Under the pieces are notes generated by a model. The model did not search any database and was not told the origin of the DNA. It saw nothing but the letters and a program-made list of their open reading frames with translations. Positions 9,801-18,978 of a stretch of 48,855 nucleotides of DNA are shown here, piece by piece (the first letter of the stretch is position 1; each line of letters starts with the position of its first letter). The position numbers and the translations under genes were made by a program. The stretch is from a virus (Duplodnaviria > Caudoviricetes), in IMG/VR virus record IMGVR_UViG_3300032218_002330, positions 1 through 48,855 of that record; one strand, 5' to 3'.

Positions 9801-12647
9801 ACCTTGATTTTGAATCATACCTTGTGCAAGTCCCTGATCCATTTGTTTACCAATTTTAGCCATTTCTTGTGAAGGGCTTTTAATTCCTGCTGCTTTTTTA
9901 TATGCTTCTCGTGGATTTTTTTCTACTGTAATGCCTGCTGCAATTGCTTTTGGAGTTTGCATTTCATCTACAAAATCATCACTTACAATATGCATTTGAG
10001 TTGCACCTGGTCTTCTAGACTTAGCAAAGTAAGGAATTATACTTCCTGCGCTACGGATCCACCTTGCAGAACCTCCAGATACACCTCTTCCATCTGATCT
10101 TGGAGTAGTAGCTGTTCTTACACCGCCTACCATTCTTTTTTCATTTTCATATTGTTGTATAAATTGCGGGTTATCCGCAAACTCTTGCGCTATAACCTGA
10201 TCATATGCAGCAAATGCTGACCTACCTACTATTTTATCCGAAAGATTATGCGCAAATTTTTTAATTGATTCTTTATAAGCAAAATGAACTTTTTCCCCAA
10301 CTATTTTAGCTTTTTCATCATCTATGCCTGCAGATTTCATTAATGCCATTAACGCTGTATGTGTTTGATAACCACCATTTTTATCAGTCCAAGCAGCTAA
10401 CTCTGGACCAGATGCTTTGCCAGCTGTTAACTGACTATTCATAGATCCAGTTCCCTTACCTCTTGGACCTTCAAGATAAAATGTAGGCAGCAAAGTTCCA
10501 TCAGTGCCTTGCTCAAATGCTTTACCACCACTTGGATTTATTAAATTTAAAGCTTGCATTGCAGCTAACGGGTTACCTGTTCTAACTTTATCTATCACAT
10601 GTTCAGGAATAACAGCTTCACCTTTTTGTAAGATAGCTGGAATTTCATCTCCTGCTGCTTTACCAGTATGAAATTTCTTTCCAAATCCTGGTTGTCCTGG
10701 AAGTAATAATTTAGATGCAACTGATGATGCTACATTAACAGAATTTACAGCATTCATAGCTGTAGCCATTCCTTCAATAGTAATTGTCAATTCTCTAATT
10801 GCCTGATTTAAAAGATTTACTGAATTTTTATCTTGTAATATTTCAGTACTAAATAAACTTGCTGCTTGTTGAGATGCAATTAAATTAGGTGTAAGTAATT
10901 CGCCTAATGTTTTTGAACCACTAATTAAAGATTTAAGTCCAAAAACACCTCTAAGAATATATCCCACAAAGTTACCAAGCACACCAGTAAACATAATTAG
11001 TGGTCCCGCCAAAGCTACACCACCTGCCAAAATTCCCATTAAACTTTTAACTGGTGCGGGAAGATTGCTAAATACATTTGCAACAGAATCTCCAAATTTA
11101 AGAAGTACTGTTGCTATCTGCATAACCTTTTCACCAATTGGAATTAGATCTGCTTTAATTGTTTCTATTGCTCTTTGAAATTTACCTGTAGTGGATTCTG
11201 TAGCAGTTTTCATTTCACCTGCTGCAATACTTGCAAGTTGTCCACTGCTAGCATTCATAAGGTCAAACGCTGATTTTGTCTGACTTGTTGCAGAACCTAA
11301 ATTAGTTATCAATGCTTGAATTCTTGCTTCTTGAAACTTTCCAAAAAGCTTTTCAATAAGTTGTGCTTGAGCAAGCGGTTGCAATCCTTTTAATGCTGAT
11401 TGTAACATCATAATCATTTTGATAGGATTGCCTTTTGTTGTTGTTGCAATACTTTCTAAATTTATATTATAATCAGCAAAAGCTTTTTTTGCTGCTACTG
11501 TAGGATTAATAAGTGAAGCAAGTGCTGATTTAATTGCGTTAGCAGACTGTGCTGCTGGAACTCCTGCTTCTTTCATTGCAACCATCATGATTGCTGTATC
11601 TTTAAATGATCCGCCTAATTGTTTTACAATTGGTCCAACTCTTGGAATACCATCTACCAAATCTTGAAGACTTGTTGATGTTTGGTTTTCAACTGCGTTA
11701 AGGAAATTAACTGCGCCAGAAAGATCCTCTGTACTTAATTTATAAACATTTTGCAAGGATACAGTTGCTTTCATTGCAGACTGAGTATCCATTTCACCAA
11801 GTTTTGCAAGCCTTAATGATTCTCTTGTTGCATTAAGAAGTGCATTACCCTGTAAACCTGTAGCAGCTAAATCTGCTGCCATTGCTGCTGTATCTTTAAC
11901 TGCAATACCCATAGTTGAAGCAAGTTCTTTTGCTAGTCCTATCGTTTGAGCTTTAATGGTTGCAAGTGCATCAGCTGTTGGTTGTGTTAGTCCAGAACCG
12001 TAAACTTTTTGCAAACGAATAAGTTCATCATTTACATCTTTAAATGTTTTCATTGCTGTATTGCCAAATATAGCCATAGGTACTGTAAGTCCAACTGTTA
12101 ATTGACGACCTGCCCACTGAGTATTTTTACCCCAGTTAATTAAAGACTGAGTTCCTTTTTGAACGGCAATATTATAAAGATTTTGCATGTTAGTTGCAAT
12201 TTTTGTAGCATTAGCAACTTCATTAATTTTAGTTGGTGTGTATACAGAAAAAACACCCTTTTTTGTAGGGTCTGCCATAACTATAGAATTTTGTAATTTA
12301 GTTTGTTCTAACGCAAGTGCTCTCATTTGAGCAGAAGCAGCAGAAGATTGATTTCTGATTATACTAAAATATTCGGTAAGTTTTAATTTTCCATTAACAA
12401 GTGAATGTGCAAATTTATCTGTTTCTGCTTGAAGCTTTACTGTACTTGCAGTAAATTCTCCAGTTGAAAGCATGGCTGATTTAAATGCAGCATTTGCAGA
12501 ATTTAAATCTTTAGTTAATTGTTGGCTTACGCCTGTACCCATTAAACTTTTGTTTAATAAATCAACTTGAGCTTTTAAAGCAGCAATTTGGGAATTAACA
12601 CTCTTAAAGTCACCTAAAGCAACTATATTAAGTTCAACTCTTGCCAT
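6816..12647 (-). CDS. Tape measure protein (TP901-type core) with C-terminal accessory domains
   Basis: 1943 aa, Ala/Gly/Lys-rich helical; core DLAATG...AVENQTSTSLQDL; GPWGAAAG hydrophobic segments; follows the chaperone pair. Confidence 0.93.
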   Translation of the reverse strand: MARVELNIVALGDFKSVNSQIAALKAQVDLLNKSLMGTGVSQQLTKDLNSANAAFKSAMLSTGEFTASTVKLQAETDKFAHSLVNGKLKLTEYFSIIRNQSSAASAQMRALALEQTKLQNSIVMADPTKKGVFSVYTPTKINEVANATKIATNMQNLYNIAVQKGTQSLINWGKNTQWAGRQLTVGLTVPMAIFGNTAMKTFKDVNDELIRLQKVYGSGLTQPTADALATIKAQTIGLAKELASTMGIAVKDTAAMAADLAATGLQGNALLNATRESLRLAKLGEMDTQSAMKATVSLQNVYKLSTEDLSGAVNFLNAVENQTSTSLQDLVDGIPRVGPIVKQLGGSFKDTAIMMVAMKEAGVPAAQSANAIKSALASLINPTVAAKKAFADYNINLESIATTTKGNPIKMIMMLQSALKGLQPLAQAQLIEKLFGKFQEARIQALITNLGSATSQTKSAFDLMNASSGQLASIAAGEMKTATESTTGKFQRAIETIKADLIPIGEKVMQIATVLLKFGDSVANVFSNLPAPVKSLMGILAGGVALAGPLIMFTGVLGNFVGYILRGVFGLKSLISGSKTLGELLTPNLIASQQAASLFSTEILQDKNSVNLLNQAIRELTITIEGMATAMNAVNSVNVASSVASKLLLPGQPGFGKKFHTGKAAGDEIPAILQKGEAVIPEHVIDKVRTGNPLAAMQALNLINPSGGKAFEQGTDGTLLPTFYLEGPRGKGTGSMNSQLTAGKASGPELAAWTDKNGGYQTHTALMALMKSAGIDDEKAKIVGEKVHFAYKESIKKFAHNLSDKIVGRSAFAAYDQVIAQEFADNPQFIQQYENEKRMVGGVRTATTPRSDGRGVSGGSARWIRSAGSIIPYFAKSRRPGATQMHIVSDDFVDEMQTPKAIAAGITVEKNPREAYKKAAGIKSPSQEMAKIGKQMDQGLAQGMIQNQGLVVAAAEETAVEALIATENTAKGKGRFASRLKGMSSGKMMIGGSLAMMGGSMALNAAPEFAGKEMLTSALSMGSMGMMFGPWGAAAGAALGLVTSGISTLIAKEKEHQAMVTASFTASSDAISMFGGTLRDQSIHIHTFSKEIAFTSEEAKKLKENVDAIGKLNDKSGLKLVADSISKMDTGSSVIGTLKQYAAAQVAGGMDPKAVKQMVAAILEYSGQSKYLSAALKEIIPATKDVETATSTLIKKLGDAAGASGILSGSYEGLNKNQKRYADGLLQTLNTIMDTNTSWGDAVIAAKALDRSVRDTAQAYNLLILAANDAKDYTTATLLQKYNDMGLNLSAAQFLLKYNQSNVIPKNATKEDLLKLATDPKLIAGLIRQGEQQKLNLWIASQTVTAQQAVATSLQDQLKAAEKKLKIEQESQRIAKAIHDFAVTQTDLEGQIRVARSQGDYLKVQSLQQQLRAKTYEFQDTTTKSPAQSLVDTLQAKLDKQNASIAKSEGYLKTLSNEATDPKPTVLDEASIKSLADKIAAANKAGSVSDAVAGHGQSTNVPVKNVEAKTLKEAVKAAQGGKTPTTTWMPDPGDPTRSYKIFTWKGQAYAADTLTGTEIYKFDQTKQNVYGPKLKLASGGHISGAGSATSDSIPAYLSNGEYVIKASSVNKYGKGMFDSLNAGHFANGGQVNKQSFWSKLLFGSNKPIVMKNPNTGKMEQVPLLKNEMSYGPGSIGGLIAKLSEATSLAYKPVNLLNQYKNYFKAKNLVKQGMYHGDSAMSMSGTSVLDGSYARDAHYGMGFFSTSSKNEAERYAQGFNTGIDTYGPTHQVANIPFGKYIDFTKSIKSQNYDLWKMLGGKNYNYAGPELGKMMNNAGLTGSIMPNIRSGRNTPSALWLALNKPAGTVLKELGSFANGGMINTPKYSMPSFAVGTPNVPYDMIAKIHKGEAIIPANMNNGTMGGTFNITINAQNANAKEVAMEVQRILNQRVGMNGSLSKVGVK

Positions 12648-12650
12648 GTG

Positions 12651-12965
12651 TTAATCCTCCAATTGCATAAAGCTTAGTCCTTCACCCATTCCGAATCCCT
12701 CGCTTTTAGCTACGGATCCCTTTAAATCAATGATGTCTGATTCTTCTTCACTTTCAGTAAGATCAACACCATTCATTGCAGCAAGGAACTTTCTTTCTCT
12801 ATCATCTCTTTCTCTAGAAGCATCTAGTATCGCTACTAGTTCATCCATAGAAAGCGAACTTTCTAACTCGTCAAAATTTTTCCAATGACCGAGCAGAAAA
12901 ACTTCAGACTCAATGGAGCGTAGGTCTAGTTCGTCCCAACTAGAGCTGCTCCCAGAAGGTTTGGG
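12651..12965 (-). CDS. Tail assembly chaperone extension (gpGT-like), reached by -1 frameshift
   Basis: The -1 frame is open from slippery C CCA AAC through PSGSSSSWDELDLRSIESEVFLLGHWKNF into the 65 aa ORF ending at 12651. Confidence 0.82.
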   Translation of the reverse strand, partial: PKPSGSSSSWDELDLRSIESEVFLLGHWKNFDELESSLSMDELVAILDASRERDDRERKFLAAMNGVDLTESEEESDIIDLKGSVAKSEGFGMGEGLSFMQLED

Positions 12966-13261
12966 TCGTTAAGCTTTAAGCCACCGCACACTTCTAGAAT
13001 CTTCATCATTGTAGGAATTTCGATCATGTCTTCAAACTTATCTTTATCTTGTGATAATTCTGGCTTTGTTGATTCTAAGCAGACCATTGCAGCTTGAATA
13101 AAAATTTCCATAGCTGCATCTTCTGACTCTAATTCTGCTTCATCCATTTTTTTAATTACAGTCATAAATTTCTTTAGGTGTTTAATTGATAGGGGTTTTA
13201 AGGTGAGTACTTCACCATTCGATAATTCAATTTCTACTACATCATATACTGTTGTTGCCAA
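12926..13261 (-). CDS. Tail assembly chaperone (gpG-like)
   Basis: 111 aa, TTG start with AAAGGAG RBS, between major tail and TMP, slippery heptamer near the 3' end. Confidence 0.85.
   Translation of the reverse strand: MATTVYDVVEIELSNGEVLTLKPLSIKHLKKFMTVIKKMDEAELESEDAAMEIFIQAAMVCLESTKPELSQDKDKFEDMIEIPTMMKILEVCGGLKLNDPNLLGAALVGTN
12959..12965 (-). other. -1 ribosomal frameshift heptamer CCCAAAC
   Basis: X XXY YYZ pattern in the correct phase (GAC CCA AAC). Confidence 0.8.
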
Positions 13262-13322
13262 TTTATAGCTCCTTTGTGTTATTTAAATTATACCAATATT
13301 ATACGGTAAAACAAATTCAAGA

Positions 13323-13342
13323 CCCCACCATTTCTGGTGGGG
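13323..13342 (-). terminator. Hairpin terminator after the major tail gene
   Basis: CCCCACCA-GAAA-TGGTGGGG perfect 8 bp stem, followed by U-rich sequence on the minus strand. Confidence 0.7.
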
Positions 13343-13375
13343 CCATGAATACAATATTAAGTTGTTATTAAATTA

Positions 13376-14113
13376 TTATGCAGTTGCCCACACACGATCA
13401 ATTACAACACCATACTCAGAACCTGCGTATGAAGAGTTGCTGTCATCTGGCAAACAACGGAAGCTTACTGGGAAAACAGTTGCAGAGTCACGCTTCAAGC
13501 CGTGTGCTGTTGTATCAATTGATACTACACGACGTGCAACATAAACACGTTCCTTAGTTCTCTCATCGCTTGTTGTTGGAGTAATATTTTTAACTTGAGC
13601 TGGAGCATTTCCAACTGCAATTAGAACACGCTCAACTGGAGCATCGCCAAGAGCGCCTGCTGCCATATTCAATGTTGTTCCTACTTCGCCTGAAATTGGA
13701 GTTGTATCATCCATTGAAGCTATTGGAGTAATTGAACTTCCAGTTGCATTCACATAATACGTATCCATCTGACCCCATGATAGAGTTAGGTTTTCAAGAG
13801 TTGCCTCAACAAGTTCTGTCTTAAGCATAACCTTAAGTGTCTGCTTAAATAATCTTGCTGCATCTAGCAGCTGATCAACCATAACTTCACCATAATTTGG
13901 TTCGTATGAAATTTCAAGACCTGAATTTGTGAAACCAACTTCACGGTAACCAGAACCTGCCTTAAGAAGACCAGTACGTGCTGACTTACCTGTAGTTGTT
14001 CCAAAAAGAGTTTTTAGCGTATTAGTGTCTGTATCTGGACGAGCATTGTCTTCCAAAGAGCTGACGAATAGTTCAGCAGCACCTACGATAACATTTTTTG
14101 TATTTGTAGCCAT
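13376..14113 (-). CDS. Major tail (tube) protein
   Basis: N-terminal NVIVGAAELF, VGFT..G.E..Y.P and EATLENL motifs; start reset to ATG 14113 behind AAGGTGGTG. Confidence 0.85.
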   Translation of the reverse strand: MATNTKNVIVGAAELFVSSLEDNARPDTDTNTLKTLFGTTTGKSARTGLLKAGSGYREVGFTNSGLEISYEPNYGEVMVDQLLDAARLFKQTLKVMLKTELVEATLENLTLSWGQMDTYYVNATGSSITPIASMDDTTPISGEVGTTLNMAAGALGDAPVERVLIAVGNAPAQVKNITPTTSDERTKERVYVARRVVSIDTTAHGLKRDSATVFPVSFRCLPDDSNSSYAGSEYGVVIDRVWATA

Positions 14114-14209
14114 TTTTATTTTCACCACCTTATTTTATTTAGAATAAAAAATAGTGACAATTTACTTCCTCAAGGAAAATCATAGCATTAAAACTTAATA
14201 AAACAAAGT

Positions 14210-14725
14210 TTATAGGTATCTTCCAGTATTTGGATCAAGCTCTCTAGTATATGCGTATGATATGGATAATGTCCCAGACATAAACCCGCCTTCGCTATGA
14301 TACGCCTGAACGGGATCAGCATTTTCTAACCTGAAAAAGTGGAAGGTAAATGGACTATTTGAATCTAATTTAAGGTTGGCTTCTTTTGCGGATATATCAT
14401 ATCTTCTAAAAACATCGGTTATAAAGTTTATTAAAGTTTGAATTTCTGCTGCATTGATAGATGTGATTTCAAGATTAATTGTTTCTTCAGACATCCACCA
14501 TTGTACGCCTGTATGAGACTGTGCAATATCATAAATGATATATGTCTTGCCTGGGAGCAAGTTATTGAATTCTGGGACCTGTTGAGCGGGTATAATGGGT
14601 ATCAGAGGATCATATAATCCATCTGCATAGTAGTTATTTTCATCAAAAAGGTTATTTTCTTGTAGTTCTTGCCATAATATTTTTCTAACGTCGTATGCTG
14701 CTACTTTTGTATAATCTGTTGTCAT
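14210..14725 (-). CDS. Tail terminator-like protein
   Basis: 171 aa immediately upstream of the major tail gene; called mainly by synteny. Confidence 0.55.
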   Translation of the reverse strand: MTTDYTKVAAYDVRKILWQELQENNLFDENNYYADGLYDPLIPIIPAQQVPEFNNLLPGKTYIIYDIAQSHTGVQWWMSEETINLEITSINAAEIQTLINFITDVFRRYDISAKEANLKLDSNSPFTFHFFRLENADPVQAYHSEGGFMSGTLSISYAYTRELDPNTGRYL

Positions 14726-15441
14726 TTGATTATTGATACCTCCCCGCCTATTGAATTAGATACTTTTCTTGCTGCAAATTTAACTTCAGCCACTCCAGCA
14801 TTTTTCTTATTTAAGGCAACTGCTGCTTCATTAACTATTCTACTATACAAACCTGAAGAATCAATAATTGAATGAGCATTCTTTGTATACCATTCAGTTA
14901 AGAATTTAGAGAATGAATGTTTTACGCCTATACCACCTGGGTTCATAATGTTAATAATTGTTCCTGGAGCAACAAAGACTTCATCATTATTGGCAAAAAA
15001 AGCAAGGGTTTTTTGAGCTTTAAATCTTACAGCTTTTCCTTCTTCCATAACAACAGCTTTATTTTTAAATACATGTCTAGAAAGTATAAAACTTCTTTTT
15101 GATAAATTACCAGAACTTAGTGGTACGTATGACTTTGATGGTAAAAATGTTGAGTTAACAAGTATAGTGCCAGACATTACTTTTGATCTTTCAAGTATAA
15201 ATAGTCTTGACTGTGGATTACCAATTTTATTCCATTCATAAATATGATGCATAGATTTTGGATTTGCAACAGCATATCTATCTACTGCTAACATAAATCT
15301 TTCACCTAGTATAACAAATGCTGCTTTTCCAACTTCATTTAATACTGATGGAGAAGTAAGTTCTTTTATGCCCATTGTTTTTAAAGTTATCTCTTTATAG
15401 AGATCAGCTAAATTTTGTTTATTGATTGACAGTTCTATCAT
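14722..15441 (-). CDS. Neck/tail-completion protein
   Basis: Likely start ATG 15441 (MIELS...); basic; HHIYEW and F.NKA.VMEEG motifs; synteny. Confidence 0.55.
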   Translation of the reverse strand: MIELSINKQNLADLYKEITLKTMGIKELTSPSVLNEVGKAAFVILGERFMLAVDRYAVANPKSMHHIYEWNKIGNPQSRLFILERSKVMSGTILVNSTFLPSKSYVPLSSGNLSKRSFILSRHVFKNKAVVMEEGKAVRFKAQKTLAFFANNDEVFVAPGTIINIMNPGGIGVKHSFSKFLTEWYTKNAHSIIDSSGLYSRIVNEAAVALNKKNAGVAEVKFAARKVSNSIGGEVSIIK

Positions 15442-15871
15442 TGCTTTGTACTGGAACCCTTTGCATTGTAGCTTCATAATAAGAAATTTTACCAAATGGG
15501 TCAAGTACAGCATGAGAAGATGTTATTTCAAATATAGAATCTGGATTACCATATCTATCTATTTCAACAAATACTTGTTTGCCATCACTTGATCTAATAT
15601 TTTGCACTCTCCACCTTTTACTTAAAAGTTCAAGAGATTTAGTTTTAAGTTGTAGTTTTTCTGAATATCCACCAGTTTGACCTTTATCAAATGTTTTATT
15701 GTCTCCACGTGTGGAAGCTCCAGAACTTTTTACAGGTTCTATTTTGCAAGGAATAGTTTTTTCATAAACCCATTCTCTAAGGATAGTGCCAGTGTTAGGA
15801 TCTTGTACGTTTTGCTGTATCATAACTTCTAACGACATGTTCATTACAGAACCAATAACTGAATTTATCAT
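15419..15871 (-). CDS. Head closure (stopper) protein
   Basis: 150 aa beta-rich; synteny after the adaptor. Confidence 0.6.
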   Translation of the reverse strand: MINSVIGSVMNMSLEVMIQQNVQDPNTGTILREWVYEKTIPCKIEPVKSSGASTRGDNKTFDKGQTGGYSEKLQLKTKSLELLSKRWRVQNIRSSDGKQVFVEIDRYGNPDSIFEITSSHAVLDPFGKISYYEATMQRVPVQSNDRTVNQ

Positions 15872-16818
15872 ATTATCACAATATTGACATTGCGATATTG
15901 ATCAAGGATATTATCAACAGTGAGATTACCAGTACCGTTGAAAGCACCACCTGCCATTTCAAATGAAATTTCACTTAAGTCAACCTTCTTTAGATATTTA
16001 TTTCTCCAGTTAAAATCGTTTGCAAGAATATCATTTACAAGTAGCATTGAAGCAATTTTTATATCTTCTGGTACGTACTTATAACCTATCTTGCCAACAA
16101 ACTCATATCTTGCTCTGTCTCTAAACTTTCCGTAATACATTATTGTTGGATCTACTTGATTATCATATCTTACATCCCAACCTGCATGTAATATTCTTAC
16201 CGCTTTACCTGTAGGGGTAATTTCAATGGGAAACCCAAAAGTATTGTATGTTGGATCAATTGTATTATCTATTACTAGTGTGCTATTTTCATAAACTTTA
16301 TCTATTGAAATCATTTTTTCTACAAGTTCTATAGAATCTGAACCAATTCCAATTTGTTCTTGTGATCCATAATATTGACCAAATTTTTGACCTGTGTAAC
16401 CATCAATTATAGTTCTTGCAATTTTTTCTGCTGTTTGAATATCTTTAGATGCTACATAATTTATGTCTGAAGGTACTGTACCAAAGTTTAAAAAATCTAT
16501 AATTTCGCTAACATCAGCATATGTAGTTTCTACTTTGTAATAATCATTTTCAACTGTTTCTGAGCCATTTAGACTATAAGTCCATGTTATAAATAGCGTT
16601 CTGTTAAGTTGAGTAAGGTCTGGGGTTATCAGATATGAATACTCCCCAGCCCTTGATTCATTTGTTGCGTTTATATTTGCAAATCCCGCTAAAGGTGCTG
16701 CATCATCATCTGCATCGTAAATATTGATTTTTGGCAAAGAGTCTGCCTGAGTCAATACCCCATTACTAAATACACTTAAGTATATCTTTTCTTGCTTTCC
16801 TTTAGTTATGTTTTGCAA
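15868..16818 (-). CDS. Head-tail adaptor with an N-terminal Ig-like extension
   Basis: AR.IIDGYTGQ.F, GY..VP.DI..A..L and TGN..VD.IL..YR motifs of gp6/gp15-type adaptors. Confidence 0.75.
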   Translation of the reverse strand: MQNITKGKQEKIYLSVFSNGVLTQADSLPKINIYDADDDAAPLAGFANINATNESRAGEYSYLITPDLTQLNRTLFITWTYSLNGSETVENDYYKVETTYADVSEIIDFLNFGTVPSDINYVASKDIQTAEKIARTIIDGYTGQKFGQYYGSQEQIGIGSDSIELVEKMISIDKVYENSTLVIDNTIDPTYNTFGFPIEITPTGKAVRILHAGWDVRYDNQVDPTIMYYGKFRDRARYEFVGKIGYKYVPEDIKIASMLLVNDILANDFNWRNKYLKKVDLSEISFEMAGGAFNGTGNLTVDNILDQYRNVNIVII

Positions 16819-16833
16819 TCAAAACGCCCCCAA

Positions 16834-17220
16834 TTAATTATAGAATTCTTGTGCCTCTCGCGGAGTAGCAAGGCGGAAACCTTCTTCTCTATCGAAAATA
16901 TGTTGTGCATCTGACTCTGGCATTGCCACAAATGGATGCTGAGATGTAAAGTCATAACCCATTGTTTGGTATGAGTAGTTAGATCTTTCCATTTTTACAA
17001 GTACTGAATTTTCTGCTTTCATTGTTTTTTTCTCTTTTCTTTTTTCTACTTCAATCGGTTGTTTTTCTGCTCCTGTGAACTTTTCATACATCTGCGCTGT
17101 AATTCCTTCTTCTTCAAGCAAAGCAATTATTTCTTGCTTTGTCTTTACTCCTTCTGAACTTACACCAAATGCTTCTGCTACTTTTTTGAGCTCTGTAATT
17201 TTTAAATCTGAAAAAGACAT
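16834..17220 (-). CDS. Protein with an N-terminal Rho-N/SAP-like helix-extension-helix domain
   Basis: LKITELKKVAEAFGV....TKQEIIALL motif; follows the capsid gene. Confidence 0.6.
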   Translation of the reverse strand: MSFSDLKITELKKVAEAFGVSSEGVKTKQEIIALLEEEGITAQMYEKFTGAEKQPIEVEKRKEKKTMKAENSVLVKMERSNYSYQTMGYDFTSQHPFVAMPESDAQHIFDREEGFRLATPREAQEFYN

Positions 17221-17264
17221 ATTGTTACCTTTCGTTTAGTTAGATTATATCAGAAAATGATTAA

Positions 17265-17286
17265 GGGAGATATTTGCATATCTCCC
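17265..17286 (-). terminator. Hairpin after the major capsid gene
   Basis: GGGAGATAT-GCAA-ATATCTCCC perfect 9 bp stem with a GNRA loop. Confidence 0.7.
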
Positions 17287-17308
17287 TCAATCTTGCAACT
17301 AATAAATA

Positions 17309-18436
17309 TTAGTATGTGTATGTTGAATTGCCACCAGTTACATGAGCTCCGTGTGTTACGGAACCAAATGCACCATCAGCAACTGAACCTGAAACCTTTA
17401 CGTTCTTAACAAGAACGTGGGCATCGTAGTTCTCAATAGCGCAACCAACACGAATGAATAGAGTATATTCAATTGTGTCTTTCTTTGGCTGGAACAGACG
17501 ATAGACAGTTACGTCACGCTTGATACCAATGATAAAGTTCTGTGGGAATGTCAAGTGGACATCACCATGAAGACCTGAAGGACTATTGTAAGTTCCTGCA
17601 AGTGTCTCATCCATCAATGGTACGTTGATTACGGGAATACCGAAAGCAAACGGAGTTACTGAGCCTGGACCACCATCGTTAGCTGCAACATCTCCACGAA
17701 TAACGCCAGAAGCGATATCAAATGGATTTACTGAGCCAGCGTTGGCTGTGAGATTGTACAAGTAGTCCTGTACCAAATTCGATCCTGTGAAGAAGCGAAG
17801 CTGATTACGGCGTTGCTTGTACTTACGTGGTAGGGTCTTAATTGCAAGGTTGAATACAGCCTTGTCAAGTCCTACACCCTGTGCATCAACAACGTGTGCG
17901 TTGTCTGATGCCAATTTACGAAAACCTTTGAACGCAGAGAGCAATCCTGTGCTAGTTCCTATACCGTTGATGAGAACATCCTCGATATCGTTACCAGCCT
18001 GGGTTGCCATAAGACGTGCAATGTGGTCTTCTAGATCTGGACCCTCAAGGTTATCCTCAAGAGATTCAGAAGAAAGTTCCCAGTCAAGACGAAGCTTGCG
18101 GGTTGTTAAAGAAATTTTTGAGAATGTTGCACCAGCTGCTGTGAACTGGTCATCGCCTGCATTAACATAATCTCTAGGATTATCTTCTGCTGCAACTGTC
18201 ATAATTCTCTGACCAACGGAAACACGATCAATTTCAGTTACATTAGAGCGCATACGGATTGTACGAGCTGCCTTTGCAAGAATTGTTGCATCCCACATGT
18301 AATCTAGGAAACGATTAGCCTGATCTGGGTATAGAAGACCAGTACCTGAAAGGGTACGACCATCACCTGAAAGATCAGAACCTGATGTTCCGAGATTTGT
18401 TGTGTCAATAACTTTTTGTAGAAGTTCATTACTCAT
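17309..18436 (-). CDS. Major capsid protein (HK97 fold)
   Basis: 375 aa; GLL.P.QA.RF, ELS.ESLEDN.EG, D.E...ING motifs; follows protease and portal. Confidence 0.92.
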   Translation of the reverse strand: MSNELLQKVIDTTNLGTSGSDLSGDGRTLSGTGLLYPDQANRFLDYMWDATILAKAARTIRMRSNVTEIDRVSVGQRIMTVAAEDNPRDYVNAGDDQFTAAGATFSKISLTTRKLRLDWELSSESLEDNLEGPDLEDHIARLMATQAGNDIEDVLINGIGTSTGLLSAFKGFRKLASDNAHVVDAQGVGLDKAVFNLAIKTLPRKYKQRRNQLRFFTGSNLVQDYLYNLTANAGSVNPFDIASGVIRGDVAANDGGPGSVTPFAFGIPVINVPLMDETLAGTYNSPSGLHGDVHLTFPQNFIIGIKRDVTVYRLFQPKKDTIEYTLFIRVGCAIENYDAHVLVKNVKVSGSVADGAFGSVTHGAHVTGGNSTYTY

Positions 18437-18465
18437 TTTTATTTCACCACCTTATTTTTTTTAGA

Positions 18466-18978
18466 TTATTTAGTTAAGCTTTGTACACCGAGGAAGTGTC
18501 CTTGCCATATACTTTTTTGTATTTTTGTTTCTTCCATTGATCCATTAAGATCACTGGACTTCTTAACTGCAGTTGCAGATTCAAAACCTGTCAACTTATT
18601 ATCAACATATTCAATCTTTCCGTACATATCCGTGATTGATTTGTTCATTTCTTCATGCTTTGCTTTGATTTCATCAATAGCTTTTGACATATCTGCTCTG
18701 GTTTCCTCTACCATGCGATAAACGTCTTGAACTGTAGCTGCATGTGTTGCATAATTCTTTTCGATTGATTCACTAAAGAAGGTCTTAAGGTCGGTTACCA
18801 TTTTTGTGAAATCAAGGGTATCCTCAACCTCTGAAATAGTTACAGCCTTTTCGATTCCTTCGCCTGCAAAGCCTACTGCTTCATCAACAGCAACTACTGC
18901 TGTTTCTTCGACTGGAGCTTCAACTGGAGCTTCAACTTCTGTAGTTTCAACTACTTCTGTGTTTGTATCTTCTGTCAT
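18466..18978 (-). CDS. Putative nested in-frame scaffolding protein (170 aa)
   Basis: Internal GGAGG (18986-18990) 7 nt before an in-frame ATG at 18978. Confidence 0.55.
   Translation of the reverse strand: MTEDTNTEVVETTEVEAPVEAPVEETAVVAVDEAVGFAGEGIEKAVTISEVEDTLDFTKMVTDLKTFFSESIEKNYATHAATVQDVYRMVEETRADMSKAIDEIKAKHEEMNKSITDMYGKIEYVDNKLTGFESATAVKKSSDLNGSMEETKIQKSIWQGHFLGVQSLTK

Noticed and set aside
14722-15513. ORF-track starts at 15513, 14128, 47038 and 42077
   Set aside because: Downstream ATGs (15441, 14113, 47077, 42089) have better RBSs or avoid long overlaps
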